A stretch of DNA of 64,000 bases, from the NCBI GenBank assembly GCA_963746255.1, contig CAVVAJ010000007.1, positions 543,616 through 607,615 of the forward strand, written 5' to 3'. The position numbers and the translations under genes are program-made. This DNA comes from an uncultured Chloroflexia bacterium. GTDB taxonomy: Bacteria; Chloroflexota; Anaerolineae; Anaerolineales; UBA4823. The notes beneath the pieces were generated by a model that worked only from the letters and a program-made list of their open reading frames with translations, searched no databases and was not told the DNA's origin. This document shows, in pieces, positions 29,013-40,019 of the stretch (position 1 is the stretch's first letter; every line of letters starts with the position of its first letter).

Positions 29013-31404
29013 ATGGGTGTTCTAAAGTCAAAAGTCTTTCGTGATATCTGGTCGCATAAAGGGCGTACCTTACAAATTGTGCTGATCATTGGTTTAAGCG
29101 CCGGAGCGATCGGGATGATTATGAGCACGCGCAGCGTTTTCATCCCCGGAATGCAGGATATCTGGCGGTCAATGAACCCGGCCATGATCAATATTTACAC
29201 CGGTTATGTGAGCGATGATGAGTTGTATGTATTAAAAGATATTGCTGGTATTACGGAGATTGAGGGTAAGAGCAGTACCTATATCGAGTGGCGCAAGAGC
29301 CCTGAGGAGGATTGGCGTCAGGCTGGTCTTACCACCCGGCCAGATTATGAGAACCAGATCCTTAATCAACTGGAATTGGTAAACGGGCAGTGGCCGGAGG
29401 GTGAAACACTTGCCGTTGGTCAGGATGCCGAATCCTTCTTCGGTATATCCCCGGGTGAGACGATCACTATAAAACTGAACGATCGCGAAATGCAGGTAAG
29501 TTTGGTCGGGACGGTGTACGACCAGCTTGTGCAACCCGCATTCTTAGGGGGGATGGCACAGTTGTATGCGAGCAGTGACTTATACGAAAACTTCGTCGGT
29601 GTGTATGGCTACAATCAGATCTTACTCTCCGCAGCGGTCTACGATGAAGAAGAAGTTGGTCTTTTAGCAGACAATGTTCAAGAGAAATTAGAGAAGCAAG
29701 GCTATGATTCTGGGCGATTAATCGAAGACCCAAATAAACATCTCTTCCAGGATCAAATGGATGGTGTTTTCCTGGTGCTTTCTGTGCTGGGTTTTTTCTC
29801 GCTTGCTTTAGGTTTGCTGCTTGTGTACAACACTGTCAATGTCTTAATTGCCCAACAGGTCGACCAGATCGGGGTCATGAAAGCCGTTGGTGCCCGTACC
29901 TGGCAAATCCTGCGTTTATATTTTGTCATGGTCTTAATATACGGCTTCCTTGCACTCGCAGTGGCACTGCCAATGGCGGTATTTGGATCGAATGCAATCA
30001 TGACTTGGTTATCTACAAGTTTTGGAGCAGAAACCTTCAGTTTTGAAGTTTCACCGTCAGCGCTATATTTAATGGTTTTTCTCACTCTCGTCGCCCCGGT
30101 CCTGGCATCCCTGGTGCCGATCTTTGCCGGTTCCCGCATTACAGTTCGCGAGGCCATCAGCACGTACGGTTTAACAATAAAACCTGGATTATTAGAGCGC
30201 ATGCTTAATAGTGGTCGTCATATCTCGCGTCTGATGTTAATCACCATTAGCAACACCTTCCGTCACAAACGCAGAGTGATTCTAATTGAGATTGGCTTGG
30301 TACTTAGTGGTGTCATGTTCATGACCGTTGTCGCAGTCCAGGATTCTATTCAATATACAATCTCCGATGTGTTGCTGTCTATTATGAATGCTGATATCAC
30401 GATGGTCTTCAACCAACCCCAAAGAATGGAATATATCGAGGAGTTGACTCTCGCTCGCTCAGATATCAAAGCTGTCGAGATGTGGGGATTGACGAGTGCA
30501 GAAATTCGTCCTGCGGGCCAAGAAGAATCCGACGATGCTGAGAGTGTACAGTTGTTTGGTGTACCTCTCCCGACGCAGCTTTATGGAGCAAGAATCCGCG
30601 CCGGCCGCTGGTTGAATCCAACTGATACGTATGCGATTGTCGTCGACCAGGAGTTGGCTGAAGAACTTGATGTCGGCGTTGGGGATTGGGTGACTATTAA
30701 AATATGGGGAGCATCGTGAGACTGATTGGCAGATTGTTGGTCTGTCTTTCTTCCCCCTCATTAGTGATATTTCAAACGTGCCCCGCGATGTTTTAATGCG
30801 AGATTTAGGGTTTGTAGGTCGCGGTCAAGCGGTATTCATCCAAATCATCGATAACAGCCCGGCAAACCAAACGGCTGTGGCAAAGGATTTGCGCGAGTTT
30901 TACAAATCTAAGGGGATTGATGTAAACCCTGTCCGTGGTATATTTGGATTTGGAGATACTCGAGCCGAGACCGCTTCAGCGATCGTCGGCCAAATTAATT
31001 TCCTGCTGATCTTGTTGGGAGTCATGGCGGTAGTTATCGGGGCAGTAGGTAGTATCGCCTTGAGCGGGGCTTTATCTTTGAGTGTTATGGAGCGTACGCG
31101 GGAGATAGGTGTTATGCGGGCAATCGGTGCTTCATCGTGGACGATTTCCCGACTTTTTATCGGTGAAGGCTTGATCCTCGGTTGGTTGAGCTGGTTGATC
31201 GCGCTGCCGCTGAGCATACCAGCAGGTAAACTAATGGTCCAGGCAATTGGAACTGCCCTACAGAGTGAATTGTTTTATAATTTTGAACCACGCGGTGCAC
31301 TGATCTGGTTGGGAATCATAACGGTTCTCTCCATTATTGCCAGTTGGCTGCCAGCTCGGAGTGCAACACGCATCAGTGTCCGTGAGAGCTTGGCGTATCA
31401 ATAA
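29013..31404 (+). CDS. FtsX/MacB-like ABC exporter permease, interrupted by one +1 frameshift at about 30699-30709
   Basis: ORFs 29013-30719 and 30778-31404 join into about 796 aa if one base is removed from AAAATATGGGG (..IKYGEHRETDWQIVG..); QIGVMKAVGA and ERTREIGVMRAIGA repeats. Confidence 0.85.
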
Positions 31405-31421
31405 TAAGGAGCAATCCATCA

Positions 31422-32609
31422 ATGAAAAAACAGTATTTCTTATCTCTAATAACCAGCCTGGTGCTGTTGACCCTACTCACAGCCTGTGATTCAATTATGC
31501 CAGCATCGACTACTGAGGCGGAATCGACCGAGATTCCGATCGTTATCGCCGATACCGAGATCATCTCCGAGGGCCGGCTAGTACCGAACCAATACGTGAA
31601 CCTGTCTTTCAAATCTGGCGGGCAGGTGGTTGAATTGCTGGTTGATGAAGGGGAAGTTGTGGATGAAGGCCAGGTGATGGCTCGACTGGGAAATCGTGAA
31701 CAGCTCGAGGCTGCAGTTGCCGCTGTACAAGTTGAGCTTCTGAATGCTGAGCAGGCCCGTGACAAGCTTTTTGAAAATTCTGATGTCTCCACTGCCCTAG
31801 CCTACCAGGCGGTTACGGATGCGCGCGATGCGCTGCGCGATGGAGAGCGATATAAGAACAACCTTGAAGCTGGTAGTCGGCAAACCTCTATCGACACAGC
31901 TAGGGCAGATGTCATCGTTCTGACAGAGAAATTGAACGATGCGCGCGAAGATTATAAAGGATACGAGAATAAGACCGATGATAATCTCAAACGCGCGGCG
32001 CTGTTATCCAAATTTGCTGACGCCCAGCAAAAATACGACAATGCGGTTCGTTTACTCAACAACCTGCAGGGTTCACCGAGCGAGTTAGATACGGCAATCG
32101 CGGATGCGAATGTATCGGTTGCTGCTGCCTCATTGGCTCTCGCTGAGCAGGAGTATGAGAAGGTAAAGGATGGCCCTGACCCGGCTCAATTAACAATAAT
32201 CGAAGCCCGTATTGCCGCCGCTGATGCGAACCTAGCCGCGGCAGAATCTGCCTTGGATAATATTGAATTAGTTGCTCCGATTCCTGGCACGATTGTGGAT
32301 TTGAACCTCAAAGTCGGTGAACAGGTGAGCCCGGGCCAACCGGTCGTTGTGCTGGCAGATTTCAACCATTGGGTAGTTGAAACCGATGATTTGACAGAAA
32401 TCGAGGTCCCGGACATTTCCATTGGCCAATCAGTTACCGTCACTCCGGATGCGCTCCCCGATCTGGAACTTACCGGAACGGTTGAGTCAATCAAGGATAT
32501 ATATGAGGAAAAGCGCGGCGATATCACATACACTGCTCGGATCATATTAGATGACAGTGACCCCCGTCTTCGTTGGGGGATGACTGTCGTTGTAGTTTTC
32601 AAGGAGTAA
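31422..32609 (+). CDS. HlyD/MacA-family membrane fusion (periplasmic adaptor) lipoprotein
   Basis: Lipobox LTAC, lipoyl half-motifs GQVVELLVDEGE and LVAPIPGTI, long coiled coil, EEKRGDITY..LRWGMT. Confidence 0.9.
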   Translation: MKKQYFLSLITSLVLLTLLTACDSIMPASTTEAESTEIPIVIADTEIISEGRLVPNQYVNLSFKSGGQVVELLVDEGEVVDEGQVMARLGNREQLEAAVAAVQVELLNAEQARDKLFENSDVSTALAYQAVTDARDALRDGERYKNNLEAGSRQTSIDTARADVIVLTEKLNDAREDYKGYENKTDDNLKRAALLSKFADAQQKYDNAVRLLNNLQGSPSELDTAIADANVSVAAASLALAEQEYEKVKDGPDPAQLTIIEARIAAADANLAAAESALDNIELVAPIPGTIVDLNLKVGEQVSPGQPVVVLADFNHWVVETDDLTEIEVPDISIGQSVTVTPDALPDLELTGTVESIKDIYEEKRGDITYTARIILDDSDPRLRWGMTVVVVFKE

Positions 32610-32646
32610 GCCTTGTTTGTGATGATTTTTAGTCGAGGGGACAATC

Positions 32647-33891
32647 ATGGTCGGTAGTACGCGTAACTCCAAGGGTGGCGTGATAGTAGCAGTGTTTCTC
32701 ATTGCTTTGTGCTTAATCGCTAAACCAAACCCGGCTGCCGCGGCATATTCTCCCCGAACCGCACAACCTAAACCTATCGGGATTCCCGAAATACAATCCC
32801 CAATCCAGGTGGAAGGCCGGATTGTGCCTGCCAATTATGTTCAGCTGTCACCACGAATCAGCGGGCACGTTACAGATTTACTGGTCCAAGAAGGTGATCT
32901 GGTGCAAGCTGGAACTACCCTTATGGTTGTGGGTGATCGACAGCAGCTGATCGCCGATATACTAACGGCAAAGTACGAACTAATCGAAGCTCAGCAGGAA
33001 TTAGATGACCAGTACAAGACTGCTGAGTTAAGGCTAGCGGAAGCAAAACAAAAGTTAGCGGTTGCCGAGAAGGCTGAAGTCTTTGCCGCCGATAAAGTGA
33101 GGAGTACAGCCGCTCAACCGCCGGAATGGCATATCGAACAAGCGCGAATCAATCTGCAGCTTGCAGAGAACGCGTTAGAACGAGCGGAAGATGATATTCA
33201 AAAAGTTGAGAAACGAAAGAAGAACAAAGAAGGTATTTGGTATTGGTTTTTAGATGATAAGGATTTCCGTAACATCCTTCGTGGGCTCGAGCGAGTGAAG
33301 ACCAACGCTGAACGCCGTGTTATCGATGCGCGCGAAAAGTACGAAGATTTGCAGAAACCAGTCGATTCGGTTGACTTGGCGTTAGCGCAGAGCGATTGGG
33401 AAACAGCCCAAGCCAACGTCGCAGAAGCCGCTCGTGAGGTCGCTAAGTATCAAAATGGGCCTGACCCAGAAGTAGTCGCGCTGTTAGAAAGCCACATCTG
33501 GGCTGCTGAGGCTCGTCTAATTGCTGCCGAAGCTAGGTTAAGTGACCACGAGGTGGTCGCGCCGCTATCTGGGAAGATTATTGATCTGAAGCCAAAAGCC
33601 GGCGAGTGGGTGAACACTGGAGAGCCTGTGGTAGTGATCGCTGATGACACAGAATGGGTAGTTGAAACGGAAGACCTAACCGAGATCGATGTGATTAACA
33701 TACAAGAGGGGCAAGCAGCAACCGTGGAGCTGGATGCCTTTCCGGATGTAACCCTTCTCGGTGAAGTTGATTCGATCAGAGACCTATCCGAGGAGAAACG
33801 CGGCGATGTAACCTACACGGTTGTCTTGAACCTGCTAGAGACAGATCCTCGTCTGCGCTGGGGGATGACAACTCTCGTGACTTTTGAATGA
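32647..33891 (+). CDS. Second HlyD/MacA-family adaptor (tandem paralogue)
   Basis: SGHVTDLLVQEGD, VVAPLSGKI, EEKRGDVTY..LRWGMT. Confidence 0.9.
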   Translation: MVGSTRNSKGGVIVAVFLIALCLIAKPNPAAAAYSPRTAQPKPIGIPEIQSPIQVEGRIVPANYVQLSPRISGHVTDLLVQEGDLVQAGTTLMVVGDRQQLIADILTAKYELIEAQQELDDQYKTAELRLAEAKQKLAVAEKAEVFAADKVRSTAAQPPEWHIEQARINLQLAENALERAEDDIQKVEKRKKNKEGIWYWFLDDKDFRNILRGLERVKTNAERRVIDAREKYEDLQKPVDSVDLALAQSDWETAQANVAEAAREVAKYQNGPDPEVVALLESHIWAAEARLIAAEARLSDHEVVAPLSGKIIDLKPKAGEWVNTGEPVVVIADDTEWVVETEDLTEIDVINIQEGQAATVELDAFPDVTLLGEVDSIRDLSEEKRGDVTYTVVLNLLETDPRLRWGMTTLVTFE

Positions 33892-34058
33892 TCTCCAATT
33901 GCTGCTCGCGGGCAGCTTCCTTTTCATAAACCATTAGATTTACATGTAAACATTGTATAATGCCTGAGGCAGCCCTTCCCCATTATTACCGGGAACGCTG
34001 CCTCATTGGATTTTAGTAGATGCTCATTGAATGACTGAACAGATCGTAGAGGTGCATA

Positions 34059-34943
34059 ATGACACTTTTCGGAGGCGTTGAGGCTGGGGGGACAAAATTT
34101 GTATGTGCGATCGGCACTGGACCTGAGCAGATCGAAAGCATCGTTAAATTCCCAACAACAAATCCCACCCAGACAATCGACCAGGCAGTAGATTTTTTCC
34201 TGAAATCATCTTTATCCATTAACGCTATTGGAATTGCCTCTTTTGGACCTATTGATCTTCATCCCGGCTCTCCGACATATGGCCAAATAACAACAACTCC
34301 TAAACCAGGTTGGCAAAACGTCGACATAGTTGGGCGATTAGAATCTGCCTTAGGGTTGCCCGTGGCATTTGATACCGATGTGAACGGAGCGGCATTGGCC
34401 GAACACCGTTGGGGGGCTGCGCAGAACGATGATACTTTTGTATATTTGACAATTGGTACCGGTATCGGAGGCGGCGGTATGGTGGGAGGTAAGCTGATTC
34501 ATGGGATGCTGCATCCGGAGATGGGACACATGCCTCTGCCCCGTGATCCCGAACGCGATCCTTTCTCCGGCATCTGTCCTTACCATGGGGATTGTTTCGA
34601 AGGTTTAGCAGCCGGCCCTGCGATCGAAGCCCGCTGGGGAGTGCGTGGCGAACAGTTGGGGGGTGATCACCCTGCCTGGCGGCTGGAGGCGCATTACCTG
34701 GCTTTAGGATTGATGAATATCATCACCATTCTGTCTCCAACAAAGATCATTTTAGGTGGTGGTGTCATGCAGCAGTCGAATCTCTTCGCTTTGCTGCGCC
34801 ACGAAGTTCAATCGCTTCTGAATGAGTATATCCAGGCCTCTCAGCTCTTTGGTGGGATTGACGAGTACATCGTGCCACCCACACTCGGGGATCAAACCGG
34901 TGTGCTTGGCGCGATCGCCTTGGCTCAAAATAATTTGTACTGA
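34059..34943 (+). CDS. ROK-family fructokinase (ScrK/GmuE-like)
   Basis: [58 protein letters not shown]. Confidence 0.92.
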   Translation: MTLFGGVEAGGTKFVCAIGTGPEQIESIVKFPTTNPTQTIDQAVDFFLKSSLSINAIGIASFGPIDLHPGSPTYGQITTTPKPGWQNVDIVGRLESALGLPVAFDTDVNGAALAEHRWGAAQNDDTFVYLTIGTGIGGGGMVGGKLIHGMLHPEMGHMPLPRDPERDPFSGICPYHGDCFEGLAAGPAIEARWGVRGEQLGGDHPAWRLEAHYLALGLMNIITILSPTKIILGGGVMQQSNLFALLRHEVQSLLNEYIQASQLFGGIDEYIVPPTLGDQTGVLGAIALAQNNLY

Positions 34944-35295
34944 TCACACACTGTATACATAATACATACGGTTGAGTTGTATCCTGGGGATATGTGCTTG
35001 TTGAAATCCTGGGCTCGGCTTGCTCCTATCATCTAAATCCCATTCCACCGATTTTTGGGGTGTACTCACGGCTTGTTTTTGATATAGTATTTGTGTGGCA
35101 TTCTGTTTCAACATGGCTTTCTGTGCATCGATCACGCCTGGGTAGCACCCTGATTGAAGAATTTTATCCTGCTGCCCTGGTCGTCTTTTATACCTGCGAT
35201 TGCATTTAACCGGGTACTGTAGTCATGTAGTTCATGTGTTTCACCAGTTGGTATTCATAAGCTCCTCCTGTAGAATTAGCTTTTGAGAGATACGA

Positions 35296-38043
35296 TTGGA
35301 TCCGTTGCTAGCTACGAAACTCTATAAACCTACATTACATCATCCCATCGTCCCACGTCCGGGCTTAGTTCAACGGCTAAACGAAAGCCTCAATGGGAAG
35401 ATGTCATTACTATCCGCTCCCGCTGGTTTTGGGAAAACGACTTTATTGTGTGAGTGGATTAACGAGTCACACTTGAGAGCTGCCTGGTTATCACTAGATG
35501 AGAACGATAATGATCTCATTCAATTTTTCTCCTACTTGGTAGGGGCTTTACAATCATTGGATAAATCGATTGGAATAGGTGTTAAACAGCTTCTCGAGGT
35601 AAACCCTACTCAACCGGCGGAAGTAATCCTGACCGAGCTGATAAATGATATGAGCTATGCGGCCCAAAATGCAGTTCGGAGGTTTGACCTCGTTGGCGAA
35701 AGTGATCAACAACAAAACTCTATCCTCGTCTTAGATGATTATCATTTAATCGAAAATAACGCTATCCATTTGGCGATCGCATTTTTTGTGGAACATGTCC
35801 CGGAAAGCTTGCATGTGGTTATCTCCAGTCGGGCAGACCCGCCTATCCCAATGGCCAGATTAAGAGTCCGACGACAGCTTGTTGAAATTCGCCAGTCTGA
35901 CCTACGCTTTACTACACAAGAAATCCAAGATTTCCTAGTCATCGTAATGGGTATGCATCTGACATCAACAGATATTCAGACACTGGATAAAAGCACTGAA
36001 GGGTGGGTAGCAGGCTTGCAAATGGCTGCGCTATCTATGCAGGGTCGTGATGATATCTCTAGCTATATTGCGGATTTCACCGGAACGAATCGTTTCATCC
36101 TGGATTACCTGGTGGAGGAAGTGCTTTCTCGCCAACCAGCCGAAGTGCAGGAATTTTTGGTGAAATCCGCAATTTTGGAACGCATGAATGGGTCGCTTTG
36201 TGAAGCGGTCACCGGTATACCCGCAAACAGTCAAATTCTACCGCGCTTGGAAAGACAAAACTTATTTATTGTACCTTTAGATAACGAGCGGGTATGGTAT
36301 CGGTTTCATCGATTGTTTTCTGATCTTTTAAGAAAACGATTGCTTCAATTCCATTCTCGGGATGTATTGTCGTTGTATAAGAAAGCGAGTAATTGGTTTG
36401 CCGAAAACAACTTTATTCCTGAGGCAATAGATTATGCAATCAGTGCTGAGGATTATGATCAAGCCGTAGAATTAATCGCTGGGATTATTGAGACCACCAT
36501 GATGCGCAGTCAGCTAGCCACATTGCTGCGTTGGATGGAAAAGATCCCTGTCCGATGCATTACCCAGCATCCCATAGTATGTGTTCATTATGCCTGGGCA
36601 TTATTCTTGGACGGGCAATCTTGGGACAAAGTCTGCTATTGGTTGGATAACTCTGATTGGGGTGATTCGGTGGTATCAGGGATTGCTTCTGCGCTGTATG
36701 CCCTCGCCGCAATCTATCAGGGACGTATTTCGGAAGCAGCACAGATGTCGCGCCAGTTGCTGCGTAATGGAAATGAGCAAGGTGCCTTCCTGCGCACCCT
36801 GGCTTCTTGGAACTTGGGTGTATCTTTAATTGCCCAAGGCAAGGAGGATGAAGGCGAAGACTTGCTGGAACAAGCAATCCGAATCAGCCTCGATTCCGGA
36901 AATATCTTGGTTGCTGTCATGGTTCTGTGTAATTTGGCTGACCAGCACCGGAAACATGGCCGTCTTTACCAGGCTGCTCGTTTGTACAATCAAAGTCTTG
37001 ATCTGGCAGTGGATTTCGAAGGCCATCATCTGCCGGTTGCTGGCCAGGCTTGGATTGGGCTTGGATATCTTGAGGGCGAATGGAACAATCTTGATCTAGC
37101 CGAAAATCATATCAAGAAGGGAATCTCATTGATCGAAGGTTGGGGAAAAGTTGCGGCGATTGACGGCCACCTGTATCTATCTAGAATACATATGATGCGC
37201 GAGGATTATGAAGCTGCCTATTCCGCCCAGCTGAAAGCCAGGGCGTTAGCGGAGCTGTTCGATGTTACCGAGATAGATGATTTATTCGTTGATTTGCAGC
37301 AAGCGCGTCTCTGGTTAGCGGAAGGGAATTATTCTGCCGTCAATCAATGGGTGGATGAGAGAGGTTTACGCACTTCTAAAAATGGTACGGAGGCACTGAG
37401 CGCGGGACACTATTTCCACACGCGTTTATGGAAATATGAGATCGTTATCCTTGCCAGATTACTGATCGTCGAAGGGGATTGGGCGGCAGCCCAGAGGTGG
37501 CTGGCCTTGGCATATCAAGAGACCCAAAAGAGCAAAAGCATAGGATTGTTGATCGAGGTTTTGATCTTACAAGCGATCGCACTTATTCATTCGGGAAATC
37601 ATGATAAGGCCCAAAGTGCGTTAGAGGATGCACTCACTTTGGCTGAGCCCGGTGGGTATATCCGCATTTTCCTTAACGAGGGAGAAACTGCGAAGGCTCT
37701 GCTGAAACAGATCAATCAGCGAGATCCCAGAAGAGAGTATGTGAACTTACTCTTAAGCCAATTCAAACAGCCTAGAATTGCACACCGCACGGAGAGCACT
37801 GAGGGATCTGTGTTGATGGCAAAAAATACAGCTAGCGAGCGAATACTTGTTGACCCATTAAGTGAGCGAGAGCTGCAGATCCTGCGTTATCTGGTTACCG
37901 AATTATCAACTCCGGAGATCGCTCATGAGCTAGTTATCGCCGTGAGTACAGTACGGTCGCACGTGAAGAGCATCTATTCTAAATTGGGTGTACATAACCG
38001 GTATCAGGCAGTGGATAGTGCCAGAAACTCACATCTGATCTAA
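35296..38043 (+). CDS. MalT-like STAND ATPase / TPR / LuxR-HTH transcriptional activator (copy 2)
   Basis: LLATKLYKP, APAGFGKTT, LVLDDYH, TEGWVAGLQ, WYRFHRLF, DPLSERELQIL..STVRSHVKSIYSKLGV; TTG start. Confidence 0.95.
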   Translation: MDPLLATKLYKPTLHHPIVPRPGLVQRLNESLNGKMSLLSAPAGFGKTTLLCEWINESHLRAAWLSLDENDNDLIQFFSYLVGALQSLDKSIGIGVKQLLEVNPTQPAEVILTELINDMSYAAQNAVRRFDLVGESDQQQNSILVLDDYHLIENNAIHLAIAFFVEHVPESLHVVISSRADPPIPMARLRVRRQLVEIRQSDLRFTTQEIQDFLVIVMGMHLTSTDIQTLDKSTEGWVAGLQMAALSMQGRDDISSYIADFTGTNRFILDYLVEEVLSRQPAEVQEFLVKSAILERMNGSLCEAVTGIPANSQILPRLERQNLFIVPLDNERVWYRFHRLFSDLLRKRLLQFHSRDVLSLYKKASNWFAENNFIPEAIDYAISAEDYDQAVELIAGIIETTMMRSQLATLLRWMEKIPVRCITQHPIVCVHYAWALFLDGQSWDKVCYWLDNSDWGDSVVSGIASALYALAAIYQGRISEAAQMSRQLLRNGNEQGAFLRTLASWNLGVSLIAQGKEDEGEDLLEQAIRISLDSGNILVAVMVLCNLADQHRKHGRLYQAARLYNQSLDLAVDFEGHHLPVAGQAWIGLGYLEGEWNNLDLAENHIKKGISLIEGWGKVAAIDGHLYLSRIHMMREDYEAAYSAQLKARALAELFDVTEIDDLFVDLQQARLWLAEGNYSAVNQWVDERGLRTSKNGTEALSAGHYFHTRLWKYEIVILARLLIVEGDWAAAQRWLALAYQETQKSKSIGLLIEVLILQAIALIHSGNHDKAQSALEDALTLAEPGGYIRIFLNEGETAKALLKQINQRDPRREYVNLLLSQFKQPRIAHRTESTEGSVLMAKNTASERILVDPLSERELQILRYLVTELSTPEIAHELVIAVSTVRSHVKSIYSKLGVHNRYQAVDSARNSHLI

Positions 38044-38098
38044 TCAGATAAACCATAATCATCACCAGCACCTAACTGTCTCCGCGGTGTACCGCTGA

Positions 38099-38158
38099 AA
38101 ATCCCCCGAAAATGTCCCCTATTTGGGGATGACATCTCCCCCAGCACGATAATATAGT
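38099..38158 (+). promoter_or_regulatory. Putative MalT-like operator plus promoter (module 2)
   Basis: AAATCCC-N6-ATGTCCC-N6-GGGGATG-AC; -35 ATGACA (38129), 18 bp, -10 TATAGT (38153); GGGGATGA matches the E. coli MalT-box core. Confidence 0.68.
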
Positions 38159-38205
38159 TGGAATATATTTGAAGTCACGGAATTGTCGCGAGCAAATTTA
38201 TAAGG

Positions 38206-38472
38206 ATGTCAAAGATGGTATCGGATCCATACTGCAGAAGTGTACAAGCTTACCAAATTAAAGTCCTCGGGTGTATCGATGGATCCTGGTCTGGTTGGTT
38301 TGATGGTCTAACCATCGACATTGAGTACGCTCCTGATGGATCAGCAATTACTACACTCTCAGGCCACATCACCGATCAGGCTGCCCTGCGTGGGGTGCTC
38401 GTAAAGCTGTGGGATCTCAACCTACCATTACTTTCTGTGAGATTATTGCCCACTACACCGGTCAACTATTGA
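38206..38472 (+). CDS. Small hypothetical 'DQAAL' protein (88 aa), paralogue of 26221-26454
   Basis: YQIKVLG..WSGWFDGL..TTLSGHITDQAALRGVL.KLWDLNLPLLSV. Confidence 0.82.
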   Translation: MSKMVSDPYCRSVQAYQIKVLGCIDGSWSGWFDGLTIDIEYAPDGSAITTLSGHITDQAALRGVLVKLWDLNLPLLSVRLLPTTPVNY

Positions 38473-38554
38473 AGGGTAATTGCTCAAACGAGGTAAACGA
38501 CAGATTTTTTTGGAGTAGTGGCGCAGAAATAAGTATGCAAGGAAGGCTAGTGAC

Positions 38555-39139
38555 ATGTCGATGAAAATTATTGCAGATATGATTACTTTTAGTCGGTTAT
38601 TACTATCAATCTGCTTGATCTGGTTTGGTATTGAATTCGGTGTCCAAGCTTTGCCGTGGGTGGTTTGGATTATGATCCTCTCTTGGACTGGTGACAGCCT
38701 TGATGGTGCTTTTGCTCGACATAGCGGAATGAAGAAACAAACCTGGGTCGGAGCCCATGATTTACACTTCGATATGACAATTGCGGCGGCATTGCTGCTG
38801 TACCTGGCTTTAGCTGGTTTAGTGCCGCTGCCCAGAGCAATATTTTATTTACTGATCTGGGCTGTTGTCTTCTGGCGTTTCGATATAAACAGCACCCTCG
38901 GGAAATTGTTCCAGGCACCTATCTATGGCTGGTTTATTGTGGTTTCTATTCGTGAGACTCCGAGCAGCGGATTATGGATTTTAGTTTGGTTGGTGGTAGC
39001 CATTATTCTCACCTGGCCGAGATTTCCTGATCAGATCATCCCGGAATTTGTTGATGGTATGGCAGAGATGTGGCAGCGACTTGTCTCCCACCTTCGGAAT
39101 GGGAATGTTGCTGACCAATCCAAGAACTCACCCACCTAA
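38555..39139 (+). CDS. CDP-alcohol phosphatidyltransferase family membrane protein
   Basis: ADMITFSR and signature DSLDGAFAR...GAHDLHFD; multiple TM helices. Confidence 0.8.
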   Translation: MSMKIIADMITFSRLLLSICLIWFGIEFGVQALPWVVWIMILSWTGDSLDGAFARHSGMKKQTWVGAHDLHFDMTIAAALLLYLALAGLVPLPRAIFYLLIWAVVFWRFDINSTLGKLFQAPIYGWFIVVSIRETPSSGLWILVWLVVAIILTWPRFPDQIIPEFVDGMAEMWQRLVSHLRNGNVADQSKNSPT

Positions 39140-39203
39140 ATATCGTGTAGGAAGATTGAGATTTACTCCTTTTATGAACCACCATTAATGGTGAGTTAGT
39201 CTT

Positions 39204-40019
39204 CTAGGTGATATCGACCAGTGGTGCGATGTGTTCGATCATGTTCGACAGTACTTCATCATGGTCTACGCTTAGCTCAATCGCCTCGTTGGGACAAATT
39301 TCCACACATCGTCCACACCCCCGGCAGGTCTCGTTAATCACTGCATTTTCACCATCGACATGGATCGCGTCTACGAAACATACGCCCTCGCTGCATGTCC
39401 CACAGCCAATACAGCGTTCTGTGACCCTCACATTTACTCCCGGCATCCGGCTTACTTTGTTGCTTATTATGGGGGTGAGTTGTGGAATGACACCCCATAA
39501 ACAGCAGCAAGGGCAGCAATTGCAGATCGTCAAGAGTTTTTGGCTAGGGCTGGCGCCTAACCAAACTGAATCGAGTTTATTTCTACCGATCATATGTACC
39601 AAGCCTGCCTCACGGCAGTGTTGGGCATGCACAAGTGCTTCTTCTCTGGAGACAAGCTGGCCAAATTTCGGATTGATTTGCTTTACTGCTTCCCCCAAGA
39701 ATATGCAGCCGTACTCGATGGGATAAGTTGGACAGGCATTTCCCGATCTGCACAAACAAAAATCCATCACCCAGCAGTAGTTGGCTTGGGAAATGAAATG
39801 ATCAACAATACTGCTAGGCAGGACAGTACTGTTGGGCCTCTCGATTGGAGCGTTTATGTGGATTGTGCCATCCCGGGGTAGGTAGACGATGTCATCACCA
39901 TTGAATAAACCGTAGTCGATGATCCTCCCAACAATCGGTAGATTGGTCAGTTTAGCAAAGGTGAAGCGTCCCGGGAAAAGCTCCGTAAGTATTTTGACGA
40001 ACCACTCTGGCCTGCTCAT
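39204..40019 (-). CDS. 4Fe-4S binding protein (Cys-rich N-domain plus C-terminal 2x[4Fe-4S] ferredoxin domain)
   Basis: CLCR..C..C, GLVH, ICNCCPCCC, CIGCGTC..C, CRGCGRCVEICP; start probably ATG 40019. Confidence 0.88.
   Translation of the reverse strand: MSRPEWFVKILTELFPGRFTFAKLTNLPIVGRIIDYGLFNGDDIVYLPRDGTIHINAPIERPNSTVLPSSIVDHFISQANYCWVMDFCLCRSGNACPTYPIEYGCIFLGEAVKQINPKFGQLVSREEALVHAQHCREAGLVHMIGRNKLDSVWLGASPSQKLLTICNCCPCCCLWGVIPQLTPIISNKVSRMPGVNVRVTERCIGCGTCSEGVCFVDAIHVDGENAVINETCRGCGRCVEICPNEAIELSVDHDEVLSNMIEHIAPLVDIT

Noticed and set aside
30717-30719. TGA in the permease as selenocysteine or readthrough
   Set aside because: Homology continues in a different frame, so a frameshift explains it.
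31422-33891. Tandem HlyD adaptors without a TolC partner as a novel secretion system
   Set aside because: MacAB-like exporters lacking TolC are ordinary in monoderm bacteria, and no cargo or modification genes are adjacent.
35241-35269. Perfect AGGAGG RBS + ATG on the minus strand upstream of MalT copy 2
   Set aside because: It encodes only MNTNW-stop and further stops follow; nothing supports a peptide or recoded gene.
22915-38043. MalT-like STAND proteins as anti-phage (Avs/NLR-like) defence genes
   Set aside because: The effector is a LuxR DNA-binding domain with a downstream operator, and no nuclease, TIR or other defence genes are nearby.
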